Positions 24,705-37,451 of a stretch of 64,000 nucleotides of DNA are shown here, one piece after another; the stretch's first letter is position 1, and each line of letters begins with the position of its first letter. Source of the DNA: Callorhinchus milii (Eukaryota); the NCBI RefSeq assembly GCF_018977255.1, contig NW_024704742.1, positions 105,588,001 through 105,652,000 of the forward strand. The letters run 5' to 3'. The notes below the pieces were generated by a model, which saw only the letters and a program-made list of their open reading frames with translations, was not told the DNA's origin and ran no database searches. The position numbers and the translations under genes were made by a program.

Positions 24705-24899
24705 TACTCTTCCTATTTTTACTTTCTTCCTCTTGTCTGCGTCCTCTCAGAACCTCAAAACTGGACGTCCTTACCTGTCTGATTCTGACCTCTCTCCTTT
24801 ATCTAACTGAAGCACAGCAACACCCAAATAAATGATAAATAATCCTTACATTTGCGAAAAGTTAGCAAACAAAAACAAATGGAAAGTTGTTTTCCCTTG

Positions 24900-25135
24900 T
24901 AATAATCCTTACATCAGATATAGTGCCAATTACTGCTAAGTGATTGTCTGTATTTTGTGGGTGAGCACAGCAAATGAAAATGAAACAAATGACTAATGTA
25001 TCCAGAGAGTTCTTGGCCAGGGCATCAGGAGAAACTCCCTTTTCTTTTTAAACAACGTCATTGAATCTTTAATATCCACCCGAAAAGGCAAGTGGGACCT
25101 TGATTTAACGTCTCATCCAAAAGGAACTTCACAAC
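24900..25135 (-). mobile_element. Degenerate Deu-type SINE
   Basis: gatttaacgtctcatccaaaagg is the reverse complement of the Deu-type core. Confidence 0.65.
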
Positions 25136-26554
25136 CTCTTCTTTTGAACTTCAATGGTATCTTTAGGCCTTGATGCCTTACCTTTGGCAAGTTTAACAAA
25201 GAGAACACAATTCCCTCCGTGGGGAAGGCGAGAAACTCCGAGCAAAGGGAACAATGCATTGTGTGTTGGGAAGATAGAGGAGGAGGAATTGCATTTTTGT
25301 TCCAAAAATATGAAAAATGTTTATGTTGGCCTCGCTCATAATTGCTGGGAAACATGCCATGGAGAAAAGGAGTTCGCCTGGCAAACAGCGAGGGCCTGGG
25401 AAATGAAAACACACAGAATCACTGTGACGGAGAGATGAGAGCACCTTCCTGCTACTTTTATCCGCACTGCAATGACCCAGCCATAAAAATTGACAGCATT
25501 GAGTTGCACGTAGGACGTCCCGCTGCCCCACCCAATCTGGCATTAGCTGTATTTCACTTGTATTGCCAGGTCAGAAAGTCACTGTAGCAGCAACAATCTC
25601 AGCTACTGCCAATCCGTTCCATGTGTGTCATCCTCTGTCAACTTAGTGAAAAAGAGTGCAAGGCAAAAGACTCGGGTGGGAGGATATAAAAACTCCAGAC
25701 CATAGTAATTACATTCAGATTGAAATAATAAGCATGTTTTTTTTTCCAGGAGTTTTTTGCTATCCGTTATCATGAGCCTTAAGCCAAGTCTGCAAAGATA
25801 AATCTTTTTTATTTTCTAGAATTTGTAGTATTTTTATCATCGCCATTACAGAAATGGCTCATCTTTGAACATTCTTGTTTGTTTTTATTAAGTTATTATT
25901 TTGGTGCAATGTGTTGCCTGTTTCTCCCCCTTCCCCTTTAGCACAAGTCACTGCAGCCACATCAAACAGCTATAAATAATAATGCTCCAAACTCATTTCT
26001 ATGTCAGCAACAATGTACTAATGGAAAATAATAGACAAAACTCAAACCACATCAGCTCAAAGGAATTCTCTTCGCTGAATGCCTGTGATTATAGACGCTG
26101 TTCATGCTTATGATAATAGATAAATCATTCTATTTTGTTTTCTTACCCCATTACAATGTTAGTCAATGCAAAAAAAAAACAATGGGAAGTTTTTTTTCAT
26201 TACAAGATTGGTCTCAACAAGTTAAGACACTGACAAAGAAAGAAACGTGGCTTTTTCGGGTGATTACGTGGCCACTCGTTCAAAGCAAGGAAGGAGAGAA
26301 GGAATAAAATCTATAATAACAATTAACCTTGCATTTGATAGAGCACCTTTCGTGATAATTCACGGGATTCACTGTAAACTGTAGTGACTGTATTTTTGTA
26401 GGCAAAAGTAGCAGCCAAATTGTGTACAACAATGTACACAAACAGCCATGAAGTGAATAATAATAATCATTGATTTTATATAGCTCTTTATCACATCTTT
26501 GAGACGTCTCAAAAAGCTTCACAGAATATACTATTCCAGCGCTTTGGGACGTTT

Positions 26555-26980
26555 GTTCAGTGATGGGGAGCCAGTGGAGCCTGGCCAGAACTGGTGAGAT
26601 GTGGGTACAGAGTTTGGTCCGGGTCATTATGTGGCAGCAGAGTTCTGAATGAGCTGGATCTTGTGAATGGTGGAGCTGGGGAGACCGGCGAGGAGTGCGT
26701 TTGAGTAATCCAAGCGGGAGGTGACGAGGGTTTTGGCTGCATTTGGGGTAAGATACGGTCGGAGCCGGGCAATGTGGCAGAGATGGAGGAAGGCGGTCCT
26801 GGTCAGGGACTGGATGTGGGGGAGGAAGGACAGCTGGGAGTTGAACCGGATGCTTCGATTGCGCACTGGTTCGGTGAGTCTGGGGGAGAACCCAGAGAAA
26901 TTGAGGAATTTAGATCCGCAGGGGTGAAGACATTGACGGGAGTCAAAGAGTATGGCTTCCATCTTGTCCAGCTGTAGTCC
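26555..26980 (-). mobile_element. L2 ORF2 fragment
   Basis: HIARLRPYLTPNAAKTLVTSRLDYSNALLAGLP..IQLIQNSAA. Confidence 0.9.
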
Positions 26981-29900
26981 AGGAAGGAACAACCTCTAAT
27001 GAAGTCTAATTTCAGAGTGGGGTTCATGTAAGTCAACTGGACATATTTCTGCCTTGGACTCCTTATTTAAAACATCCTGTTTGAAATGACAGTACTTTAG
27101 ACCCCAGTCTAATGTACTTTTTTTTACAACATTGGAACTGTATCGATGGACCTCAATGGCTATTTCCAGTTCTGTGCATTCCTACATTCCTGTGTTCACT
27201 TCCTGGACTTTGTAAGGCGCGTAGCTCACCTCCCTCGGGAGATGAGGGGCAGTTTTTTCAACGTCTGTTGGAATGAATGGATTGTGATTTTGCTGGATCA
27301 AATAATTTTTGAAGGTCAATGTTTTCTTATGTTGTTTTATGCACAATATCGAGAATAATAATTGCTGGGGATTGAGGCCAAGGCCAAATATTTATTCAAG
27401 AATTCAGTTAATGTCATAAAAAGTGCGAAGAAACTTGGCTTACTCAGGAACATTATCTAATACCACAGTGATGTTTGACTGACTGTTGTTTATGTGCACC
27501 TGTTATCTGTCCACGTGTGATCTAACATTTACATGATTTTCCAGGGGTAATAATTCCTTCAAAAAATGTTTAAAAAACAATAATAAATAATAAATCGGTG
27601 ATTATCATTATTATTATTATTTAATTTGCATTCCATGATATTCACAGTAGCTTTGTCTGAAACACTCATATTTCACATGCCAACTTAGCTCCCAGTTCTA
27701 ATTTCAAACTGAAAGTGATGATATTTGGATCCTGTTACTGAGCTCAGGTGGTTTAGGCACAATACTCTATGAAGCTGTTGGTGGAGTACTTAGTTCTCTT
27801 CTTCCTTCCTATTTCTAACTGGATCAATATGTCAACTGGTTAACCAATATGTCAATATTGATTGACATCAATATTGTGCCTTTCACATTGGGAAGAGGTC
27901 CCAAAGCACTTAACAGTACTGGCTGGGCACCTGAACTGGGGGTGTGAAGAGAAAGATGACCAAAATGAGGTCAAAGGGTAGGTCTTGAGAAGAACTTTGA
28001 ATGGTGTTATGAGAGAGCAAGTTGGAGGGACTCCAGGATGGAGTTTCAGAGAATGGGGGTAGAAAAGCCGAAAGAAAAAAACAGGATTTTCTTTGTAGAG
28101 ATTTTGACGGGAGCGATTATATTGCATAAATCACATTGTGAGCCAACATTGACAATGTTTCCCACACGGAATCCTGACTGGAATGTGAACCCTCTGAAGG
28201 CGTTGTTGAGCTGATCTCACCTTTATGTGTGAGTCAGTTTGCTTTTCGACCATGGATTGTCTTGCAGCTGAAGTCTCATCAGTTCTGACCATCATTCACA
28301 CGTGTTCACTTCCCAAAATTATGTGTTGGTTGGGGGTGGGGGATGAGTGGAGGAGGTCATTGGATACAATCACTGGCTGCTGATATGTTTCCCTTCTGAA
28401 GCACTGAACCCAATTCTTTTGCCCTAATATCTGCCCTAGCATTGAAACGGAGCCACACAGCCCTCAGGTTTGTGTGGCTTTGTGCTGCCCAGAGGATGTG
28501 ATATTTCCTACCAGACTATCAATAAGCTGTCATATTCAGAATTGCTCCCCAAGATATAGGAATGCACAGTCTTCAGTGTTGGGATAAGGAGATGCATGTA
28601 CTGCACATTGGGGTGAAGAATGAGGTCTGTGACGTGATATTTAACCTATCGCTTGACACATATTGTTCTAAATCTGTCAGCCCCGACATCAGCATCATGG
28701 ATCATGGTTTAACCCAAAGTCAGTCATGTTCCCAGAGCTCTGTCATCTTTACCTTTAGGAGTCCATATTTGTTCCTTCTATCCCACTGCACGGAATACCA
28801 CACACACCAGTTTGTTCAAATTTTGAACCGAAGGATAACAGGATGGTTTGATCATTGCTATGGTAGAACTGGAGATTAGCAAGAATTTATTTTACATATC
28901 GAGGATGTGGAATGTCCTGCCAGAAGCAGTGGTCAAGACATTGTCCATAGGAATGAATGAAATGCAGGGGTATTGAGGAAAAAGGCAGGAAAATGAGACT
29001 GAATTAATTGTTCTTTGAAAGATGCAACACGCCAAATGATCATCTTGTTTGCTATACCATTCCATTGTTCTAACCTGGTGAAGAGGAGTGGGCTGCACAC
29101 ATGAATCAGGCCCGAGCGAGGCAGTACCTGAGGATGTAGGGTTGCAGGAGATCACTGAGGTCAGTGGTGAAAGCTTGCTGAAAATGAGGACAGGATCCTA
29201 TAGTTGATCCATTGGGGGAATCCAGTGACCCAGACGAAGATGGGGTTGATGGGGTCATGGAGCAACAGTGTGGAAGAGGTTATGGGCTGTGGATTTCTGT
29301 GTGGTCTAGAGTTTTTGTGAAGGGAGATGATAAAGGCATTGATGAGGGTTTAAGCTGATTTGGTGGGGTGGGGATAGGGAGTGACAGAACAGACAATGTT
29401 ACGAAGAGGGAAGAAATGAACTTTGTCAAAACTTCATAATAGGCTCTTGCAACACATAACTTGCAAAACTATTGCAGAAGCCAAGCTAGAAATAAGTGAG
29501 TGCCATTCAACGGTGTAATCCTTCAGTGATTTCATCTAACGGTACTCTGAGTCTATTGTAACATCTTGGCAGGACTCACCAGCACAGCTGAACACAAGGC
29601 AACTTCTAGGCCTGTTTCTTCAGCACAAACAGCGATTATGGGGAATAACTGACAGTAACATGCCCATGGAGGGCAAATTACATCCGTACACTGCTCGAGC
29701 AACATACCTGTGGCTTATGTCATCTGAACTGCTTACATGAAGTACAGTCTTGTAACTTCTGCCCAGGTGTCAACCATGGTGGTTATTAAGTAGCAGAGAG
29801 TTGTGTGGCCAAACCTGTGTCTTAACTCTTCAACATTAGAGCGTGTGAATAAGGTCAAGCTTGGAAGATTCTCAATTTTTACTGTTGGATTAATTGTGTA

Positions 29901-30109
29901 ATTTCTGTGACTTTTCCCCCTTGTGTCTCATCTAAAAGACATCTCCAGCAATGCAGCCTTCCTCATGTAACTTAGGTAAAGGAGGCAGCTTATTAACTTG
30001 GTAAGAAAGCAAACTGTGTCACCTTGCATTTTACAGACACAAAAGCTAGACTGTTGACATGCTGGAATCATTCAAAGCAAACGTTGAAGCTTTTATTTTT
30101 GTGGTTCCA

Positions 30110-30306
30110 GATAAGGTATGGACTCATCTTTATTTCTAAATACAAGATATTTAGATATAAATACAGATATTGAGGGATGGATTGGTCTTTATTTATAAAT
30201 ACAGGTTTTGGGGTATGGACTATGTCTGTATTGATACATATAGGTATTGAGGTATAGACTGCTCTGTTTTTAAATACAGGTTTGGGTTATGGATAATCTG
30301 TATTGT
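30110..30306. repeat. Degenerate ~40-bp tandem repeat (ataaatacagg..ggtatgga)
   Basis: About five diverged units seen by eye. Confidence 0.55.
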
Positions 30307-30431
30307 AAAGAGTTTGAACTGCGCACTCTGGTATCAATGGTCAGTTTGCGAGCGGGGTGTGGCGGGATCACGTTTGTGCCGCTGAATTCTTATCCTTGAA
30401 CCTCAGAGCAGGGACAGCTGATGCCATATTA

Positions 30432-31910
30432 ATAAGAACATAAGAACATAAGAATTAGGAGGAGGAGTAGGCCATTCGGCCCCTCGAGCCTGCCCCGCCA
30501 TTCGATAAGATCATGGCTGAGCTTCTGACCTAACTCTAATTACCTGCCCTATCTCCGTATCCCCTAATCCGTCTATTTTTAAAAATCTATCAGTGTCAGC
30601 CTCGAAAATGTTTAAGGACTGAGTATCTACAGCCTTCTGGGGTAGTGAATTCCATAAATAATTCCATAAATTCACTACCCTCTGAGTGAAGAAATGTTTC
30701 CTCATCTCTGTTCTAAAAGGCTGACCCTTAATTTTAAGACTGTGACCCCTGGTTATAGATTCTCCTACCAGGGGAAACAGTCCCTCAGTGTCTACTTTAT
30801 CCAGCCCTTTAAGAATCTTATATGTTTCAATAAGATCTCCCCTAATTCTTCTGTACTCAAGAGAATATAGCCCTAGTTTATTCAGCCTATCCTCATAGGT
30901 CAGTCCCCTCATCCCAGGAACTAACCGAATGAATCTACGCTGCACCCCCTCTGGGCAAGTATGGTCCTTTTTGAATAAGGAGACCAAAACTGCACACAAT
31001 ACTCCAGGTGCGGTCTCACCAAGGCCCTATACAGTTGCAGCAAGACTTCCCTACTCTTGTACTCTAAATCTTTTGCAATGAATGTTAACATGCCGTTCGC
31101 CTTCTTAGTTGCTTGCTGCACCTGCGAACTAACTTTTTGAGACTGGTGTACAAGGACACCCAAATCCCTCGGCACACTAATACTATATAATCTCTCCCCC
31201 TCTAGAAAATAATCCGTTTTTCTATTTTTACATACCCACATTAAATTCCATCTGCCACCTACTCGCCCACTCCCCTAGCCTATCTATATCCCGTTGCAAT
31301 CTTTTTGCATCATCCTCAGAGCTTACTCTCCCACCTAGTTTAGTGTCATCCGCGAATTTAGATACATTACATTCAATGTCCTTGTCTAGATCATTGATGT
31401 AAATTGTAAATAGTGAGGCCCAAGCACTGATCCTTGTGGCACTCCACTTGTCACATCCTGCCAATTCGAGAATGACCCGTTTATCCCTACTCTCTATTTT
31501 CTACCCGTTAGCCACTCTTCAATCCATGCTAATATGCTCCCATTTATCCCATGGGCCTTAACCTTGTGCAATAGCCTTTTGTGTGGCACTTTGTCAAATG
31601 CCTTTTTAAAATCTAAATATACTACATCTACTGGTTCCCCCCATCTAACCTGCTAGATACATCTTCAAAAAATTCTAAAAGTTTAGTTAAGCATGACTTC
31701 CCTTTTGTAAAGCCATGACTCTGCCTAATCTTGTTATGGTCTTCCAGGAATCCTATGATGACATCCTTAATTAAGGACTCAAGAATTATCCCTACCATTG
31801 ATGTCAGACTAACTGGTCTATAGTTCCCCATCTTTTCTCTCCCATCCTTCTTAAATAGTGGTGTTACGTTTGCAATCTTCCAATCAATGGGAACCATTCC
31901 AGAATCCTTG
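30432..31910 (-). mobile_element. CR1 LINE, 5'-truncated, disrupted reverse transcriptase
   Basis: WKIANVTPLFKK..GNYRPVSLTS, SKFADDTKLGG, LYRALVRPHLEYCVQFWSP; (TTCTTATG)n tail. Confidence 0.95.
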
Positions 31911-32033
31911 GATTTGATATAGAACCTTATCATGTCGTCGCGCTTCACAGGATATATTGTAAAGTGGATTGACTGTGTATTTTGTGGGCGAACCTTGGTG
32001 GCCGGTTGCGCACAACAATGTCCCACAAACAGT
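31903..32033 (-). mobile_element. SINE 3' fragment abutting the CR1 5' end
   Basis: aatccttggatttgatatag..gcgcttcacag..tgtcccacaaacag. Confidence 0.8.
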
Positions 32034-32833
32034 GTTATGGGCGGGCCAGTTTGTGTTTCAGGAAGGCTGGAGGGCAATCGGCTCAGTACCCTCCAATAGG
32101 CTGGAGGAGCCCAGTAAAATATTTTAGACTTCTACGCAGAAGGAAAGCCTGTGGATGATCCTTGGAGCAAACTAGAGGCTGTGTAAGAAGCATTCCCAAG
32201 CCCAGGAACCAAGTGTCTGGAGAGGAACAGGTCAGAGTGCTGAAGTCCATTACTGTGGTGCTGTCAACACATGGTTAACCTGATCTGCCATCGTTGGTCC
32301 TCAGTTGATTTATTTTGTGTGGACCTCTTTCGCGATGCGACCCTTGCATGCTACATACAAGTGTTTATATATATATATATTTATAATACATTGAAGTGTG
32401 TTTTGGGTTGTGTGATCAATGTTTGAATGAAAATTAAGATGTTGATGTTAGACAGTTTTATTTGCTGAACTGTCCCACAAGGTGATCAGTGACTCACCTT
32501 GGAAAACCTGCAAGCCACAAGTGCCATCAGATTGAAAGCTTACCCAGGAGTTATCAAGGTCTTCATCACAAGTGGCTCATCAGATGTTCTGTTGATATTT
32601 ATTAATAAAATTAAATACTAGTCATCTGATGTGAGTTAGTACTATTAGGAATGTTCATGGTGCTTCACTATTCCTTACAGTTTCCTCATAAAGTGACTTT
32701 CACCTCGCTCCACCGAGCAAACAGGTTTTAGTTAATGATATGTGGGCGGGGGGCATTCCATATAACTCTCACTGGTGGTTCTTTGGTCCAAGGAACCTGT
32801 CATTCCTAATATGCTATTAACTTTGCACTGGAA

Positions 32834-33262
32834 TTCATTGGTATATTTGCATGTTGACTGGTTTATTTGTGTGTTCATTGGTATATTTGCATGTTGACTG
32901 GTTTATTTGTGGGTTGACTGGAAAATTGGCATCCTGACTGATCTTTTGGCATGTTTGGTGGTTTAATTACATGTTGACTGGTTTATTGATACGTTGACTG
33001 ATTTATTGGCATGTTAACTAGTTTGTGAGTTGACTAGTTTATTTACATGTTGACTGGTTTATTTACGTGTTCATTGGTTTATTTGTGTATTGACCGGTTT
33101 TATTGTTATTTTGACTGGTTAATTTTGCATTCTGACTGGTTTATTGGTGTCCTTATTGGTTTATTTGTGTGTTGACTGGTTTATTGACATCTTAACTGTT
33201 TTATTTGTGTGTTGACTGGTTTATTTACATGTTGACTAGTTTATTTGCATGTTGATTAATTC
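32834..33262. repeat. Minisatellite, ~20-bp unit GTTGACTGGTTTATTTGCAT
   Basis: About 20 diverged units; a 38-bp exact duplication at 32834 and 32874. Confidence 0.9.
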
Positions 33263-33657
33263 ATTTGAATCGTCTAACAGAAAATAAGATTGATGTGGGT
33301 CATGACTGGTGCTTCCTCATGTCAGTGTCTGATAGCAGAGCATAGATTTCAGTGTGCCCTGGGCTGGACAGGGGTTGGCGATCTAATTGGCCTCATGTTT
33401 CAGCCCACTCAAAGCGTGAAACGACTCAGAAGATTCATTTTGACCATTAGTAGATTGGCTGTGATGCAGCTAATGAGCTGTAGGATTGACGTTGTTCTTG
33501 GAATTCAGATCTTTGCCACACATTATGCCCTTTCTTTTCATAGGATTGCCAATTGTCTATCTGCCAGTGAAAGATACTGCCTCATTTCACTGGAAGGTAT
33601 ATTGTCACAACAAATGGCACTTTGGCACTGTCACATACTGAGGCACAATGTCAAGAG

Positions 33658-33795
33658 GATGGCTGGTTCATTGGCATGTTGAGTAGTTTATTAGCTTGCT
33701 GAATGGTTCATTTGCATGTTGACTGGTTTATTTTGATGTTCACTAGTCTATTTGAGTGTGGACTGATGTATTTCTGTGTTGGCTGGTTTATTTGA
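33658..33795. repeat. Second block of the same minisatellite
   Basis: About 7 units of (gttgactggtttatttgcat). Confidence 0.8.
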
Positions 33796-33929
33796 ATCAT
33801 TTGACAGAAAATAGGATTGATTCGAGGTTCGAATCTTCCTCTAAGCTCCATTCCTGATTTGCGTCACACTGGTCAAAGGATGTCTGCCAGCAGTGAAGAA
33901 GGAAATCCAAACCGTTCTAGGTTAATATT

Positions 33930-34285
33930 GCATGTGGGTTCAATCCCCACACAGGATTTGAGGTCAGAATCCAAGCTGACACTCTGGAGTAATTGCTGGA
34001 TTGTTGGAGGTGTCTTCCTTTGGAACAGAAATTAATCTATTTGCCTGTTCAGGTGCACGTTAAAGATTCTGTAATTATATACCTAGGAGTTCTCCTGCTG
34101 TCCTGGCAAATATTTCTCTTTCTTTCATCCAAAATTCACCAAAGATGATAATTGGTGAAGGGTCAGTAGAACAGATTGGCTGTCAGTTTACCTATTCAAC
34201 AACAATCATGTAACACTTCAAAGCAGCTCATTGTGTAACCTGCTTCAATACATTCTGATGTGATAAGATACTGTATCAATTGCTA
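33930..34285 (+). mobile_element. Degenerate Deu-type SINE
   Basis: B-box gggttcaatcccc; aagctgacactc..ggaggtgtcttcc..gcctgttcaggtgcacgttaaagat. Confidence 0.65.
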
Positions 34286-34479
34286 ATACTGGTACACAAT
34301 TTCTGGAATCCAGAAAAAGGGTACGAGCCCAAGGCTTGAAGCAGGTCAGTAACAGGAGATTTAGAAACCCAGGACGGTGTTTTGACACTTCACTGGACAT
34401 TTCACACTCTCAACCAAGTGTGTGCCCAAATATAGGTATTCAATAATAAGATCGAGATTGCTGTAAGTATCGGACTAAA

Positions 34480-34665
34480 TGTATTGGCTGAAAGCGTGGT
34501 GGAAGCCAAGAAGTAGATTATTTGGGGAGGACAGGACAAGTTTGCAGGGTTATGAGGAGATTGCGGGGGAATGGGATTGATTTGGATAGCTCTTTTCAAA
34601 GAGCTGGCATAGACATGGTGGGCCGAATGGCCTCCTTCTGTGCTGTATAATTCTATGATTCTATG
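34480..34665 (+). mobile_element. CR1-type 3' end fragment
   Basis: tgggccgaatggcctccttctgtgctgta..ttctatgattctatga tail. Confidence 0.75.
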
Positions 34666-35476
34666 AAATGATGTGTGGCATTCTTGTTCAGCTTTTTGTG
34701 GTAATAGTATTGTGTGAAGCATGTGCTTCCACTGTCCAGGAAGCAGAATGAATACTGGAACTCTGTCCCAGCTAATTGAAGAGGTATTTCAAAGGGATCT
34801 TGGAGTCTCTAACAAACATCCAGCTGCCTGATCACTTTACAAAAGGTTACCACATAGTTTGTGTGATTAGATTAGAGGCAATAATTCTTTCCGGCAATAG
34901 ACCCAGCTATGAAATATAGATCAATTCAGGCAGCTTTTCTCAAGAAACAAGTTTCTGTACATTCTTTCCCCCTGCATTAACTGCTAATAGATTGGTTGTG
35001 ACGGTTTGAAACCCTGAATAGATTTTTCAGTGATTTATGAGAGTCTTTTAAATAGCAAAACGTGTCAGTTCTAATTACCAAAATTCATAATTTGTGACGT
35101 TGTAAGTAGGGAGATTATATTGCAAATTCTATTCGAAACAGACTAGAAGCTCACGTAAACTCTGTGTCTATTATTGGACTACTTGAATCATTTAATTTTT
35201 AAATAAACCTCCCACAAACATTTCCTTCAATAATAGTGAAATGTCTGCAATACATTTGTTTGTTTTTCAATATTTAATAATATTTAGTCTAATGGTATTT
35301 AATAATAATATTTCTTGCGCTTGGTACAGCACTTTTCATGTCAGGACGATATCCTAAAATGTCTCACAGGATAAACTGTAAAATGTAGTGACCATGTGTT
35401 TTGTGGGTGAACACAGCATCTAATTTGTGCACAGCAATGTCCCTCAAACAGCCATGAAGTGAACGACCAATTTGAT

Positions 35477-35945
35477 TACAACAACAACTTGCATTTATAT
35501 AGCGCCCTTCACGTGGAGTAGCATCCCGGAGTGCTTGACAATGGCGAAGTCTTACACTGAATCAGGGGGAGAGGGAGGGGAAAGGTGGCCATAAGTATGA
35601 TCAAAACTGAAGGTGTTTCGCTGGCATTTGTAGGTGGGGAGGGAGGGGGCAAGGCTGAGGGATTGAGGGAGAGTTTTGGGGCATAGTGGCTGAAAGCACG
35701 GCCACCAATGGTGGAAGAGAGGGGACGACGGACAAACAGGAGGCCCGAACCAGCTGAGCAGAGGCAGTGGGTGGTGGAGTGGGAGGTAAGCAGGTCTGAT
35801 AGATAGGGAGGTGCGACGGCATGAAGGGATTTGAAAACGAGTGAGAGGATCTTGAAATCGATCCGTTCGGTAATTGGAAGCCAGTGGAGCCTGATAAGGC
35901 CTGGTGTGATGGGGGATGCAGAGTTTTGTGCGGGTGAGTGTCTGG
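35477..35945 (-). mobile_element. L2 LINE 3' fragment
   Basis: (CAA)n-cttgcatttatatagcgcc end; homologous to 15160-15608. Confidence 0.88.
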
Positions 35946-36164
35946 GTAGTGATTGAATTAGATTAAACGTTCCTGGAAATGTTATTTATTCCATTTAAAC
36001 TACAACTTTTTTTTAGCTTTTATATTCTCTCTTTGCTCTGCATTTCTAAATGAATACAGGCTGAAGTCATATTCATAGTTTAGGTTTGGAATGTGTTTAG
36101 AATCCTGTAGCTCAGTGGTTAGAGCACTCGCCTCACAAGAAGTCCTGGGGCAAAAACAGTGAGA

Positions 36165-36305
36165 GCTGGGAACTGACGAAGGGTCATGGACCCAAAACGT
36201 TGACTCACTTTCCTTTCTCCGTACATGCTGCCTTGACCTGCTGAGTTTTCCCAGCTCTCTCTGTTTTTGTTTCAGATTCCAGCATCCGCAGTATTTTGTG
36301 TTTTG
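36165..36305 (+). mobile_element. Penelope-like terminal relic with hammerhead-like core, preceded by an isolated SINE head (36101-36139)
   Basis: CTGACGA-A-GGGTC-atg-GACCC-AAAACGTT, then tgacctgctgagttttcccagc..ttcagattccagcatccgcagt. Confidence 0.6.
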
Positions 36306-36992
36306 TTCAAGAGACCTGGGGGTTAGATTAAGGATTATTATTTTATAAATATACTGCAGGGATATTGGGAAAAGACAGGTAAATAGAACTGAAAGGATTC
36401 TCTTTTTAAAAAAAAGCATAGACAAGATTATATAATAATAATAATCCTTGCATTTGATATAGTACTTTTCGTGTCTTCTAGATGTGTCAAAGCGCTTTGC
36501 AGGATTTTACAGTAAAATTTGGCGACTGTGATTTTGTAGGGAAATATAGTATCTTTCATATAGGAGAACATTGCACAGCACTTCATAGAGATGGAGTTCG
36601 AGCTCAAACTCAGATCGGATTAGAGAGGAGTGGCCAAAGTTGCAGTCAAAGAAAGAGATTGAGTGTTTTGGACAAGTTTTGAGGACTAAGGCTATAAGGG
36701 TGGGATTGTTGTATTACATTTTTGAAACATCCTTCTGACTTGAAATATCAAATGTAAGGATTATTATTATATAACAAACGTTATATAATAATAACATGTA
36801 AACTAATTATTATTAATTTAGAGCGTGTTCAAAGAGCCACAAATACAATAGGAACAGGGTGCGCTAGTGAGATTGGAGATTAAAAGAAATGTTTTTCTCA
36901 CAGATTGGTAGATATATGAAATAGACGTCTAGCAAAAGCAGTTAATACTGTGTCGATGAACCCCTTTAAAAGGGAGCTGGATCAATATCTGG

Positions 36993-37181
36993 TTAATAAT
37001 CCTTGCATTTGATATAGCGCTTTTCACATCGGAAGGACGTCCCAAAGCGCTTCACAGAACACACTGTAAATTTGTGGGCGAACGCGGCAGCCAATTGCAC
37101 ACAGCAATGTCCCACAAACAGTCGTAGATTGAAAATGACCAATTTTATTTTTGTTTTTGGTTTTGGAGGGATTATTATTAA
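36993..37181 (-). mobile_element. Young SINE 3' half
   Basis: Reverse-complement match. Confidence 0.85.
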
Positions 37182-37451
37182 GATCAGGATTGAAGGTTGT
37201 AAGGAGAAGCATTGATACAGACAATTTAATACTCTATGGAGTAATCTGGTTTCTATACGATTGAGACATTGTTTCTTGGAATACAACTGGGCAGAGCTCC
37301 CAACTCCTGACTCTTACCAAGATGTGGCTGTCTCGCTCTCTCTGTCCTGTCATCAGAAGCTATAGAGCAGCCTAAAAAAATACAGAAGCCATTCTTGTAA
37401 ATAAAAAAGAATGCAAACCATTAAATAACAAATTATTATTCACTGTTGTTT

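Noticed and set aside
32062..32100. LRR-like peptide RLEGNRLSTL after an AG
   Set aside because: Stop codon two residues later and no match to FBXL17; probably chance.
32834..33262. CRISPR-like array
   Set aside because: Contiguous degenerate 20-bp units without unique spacers, in vertebrate DNA with no cas genes.
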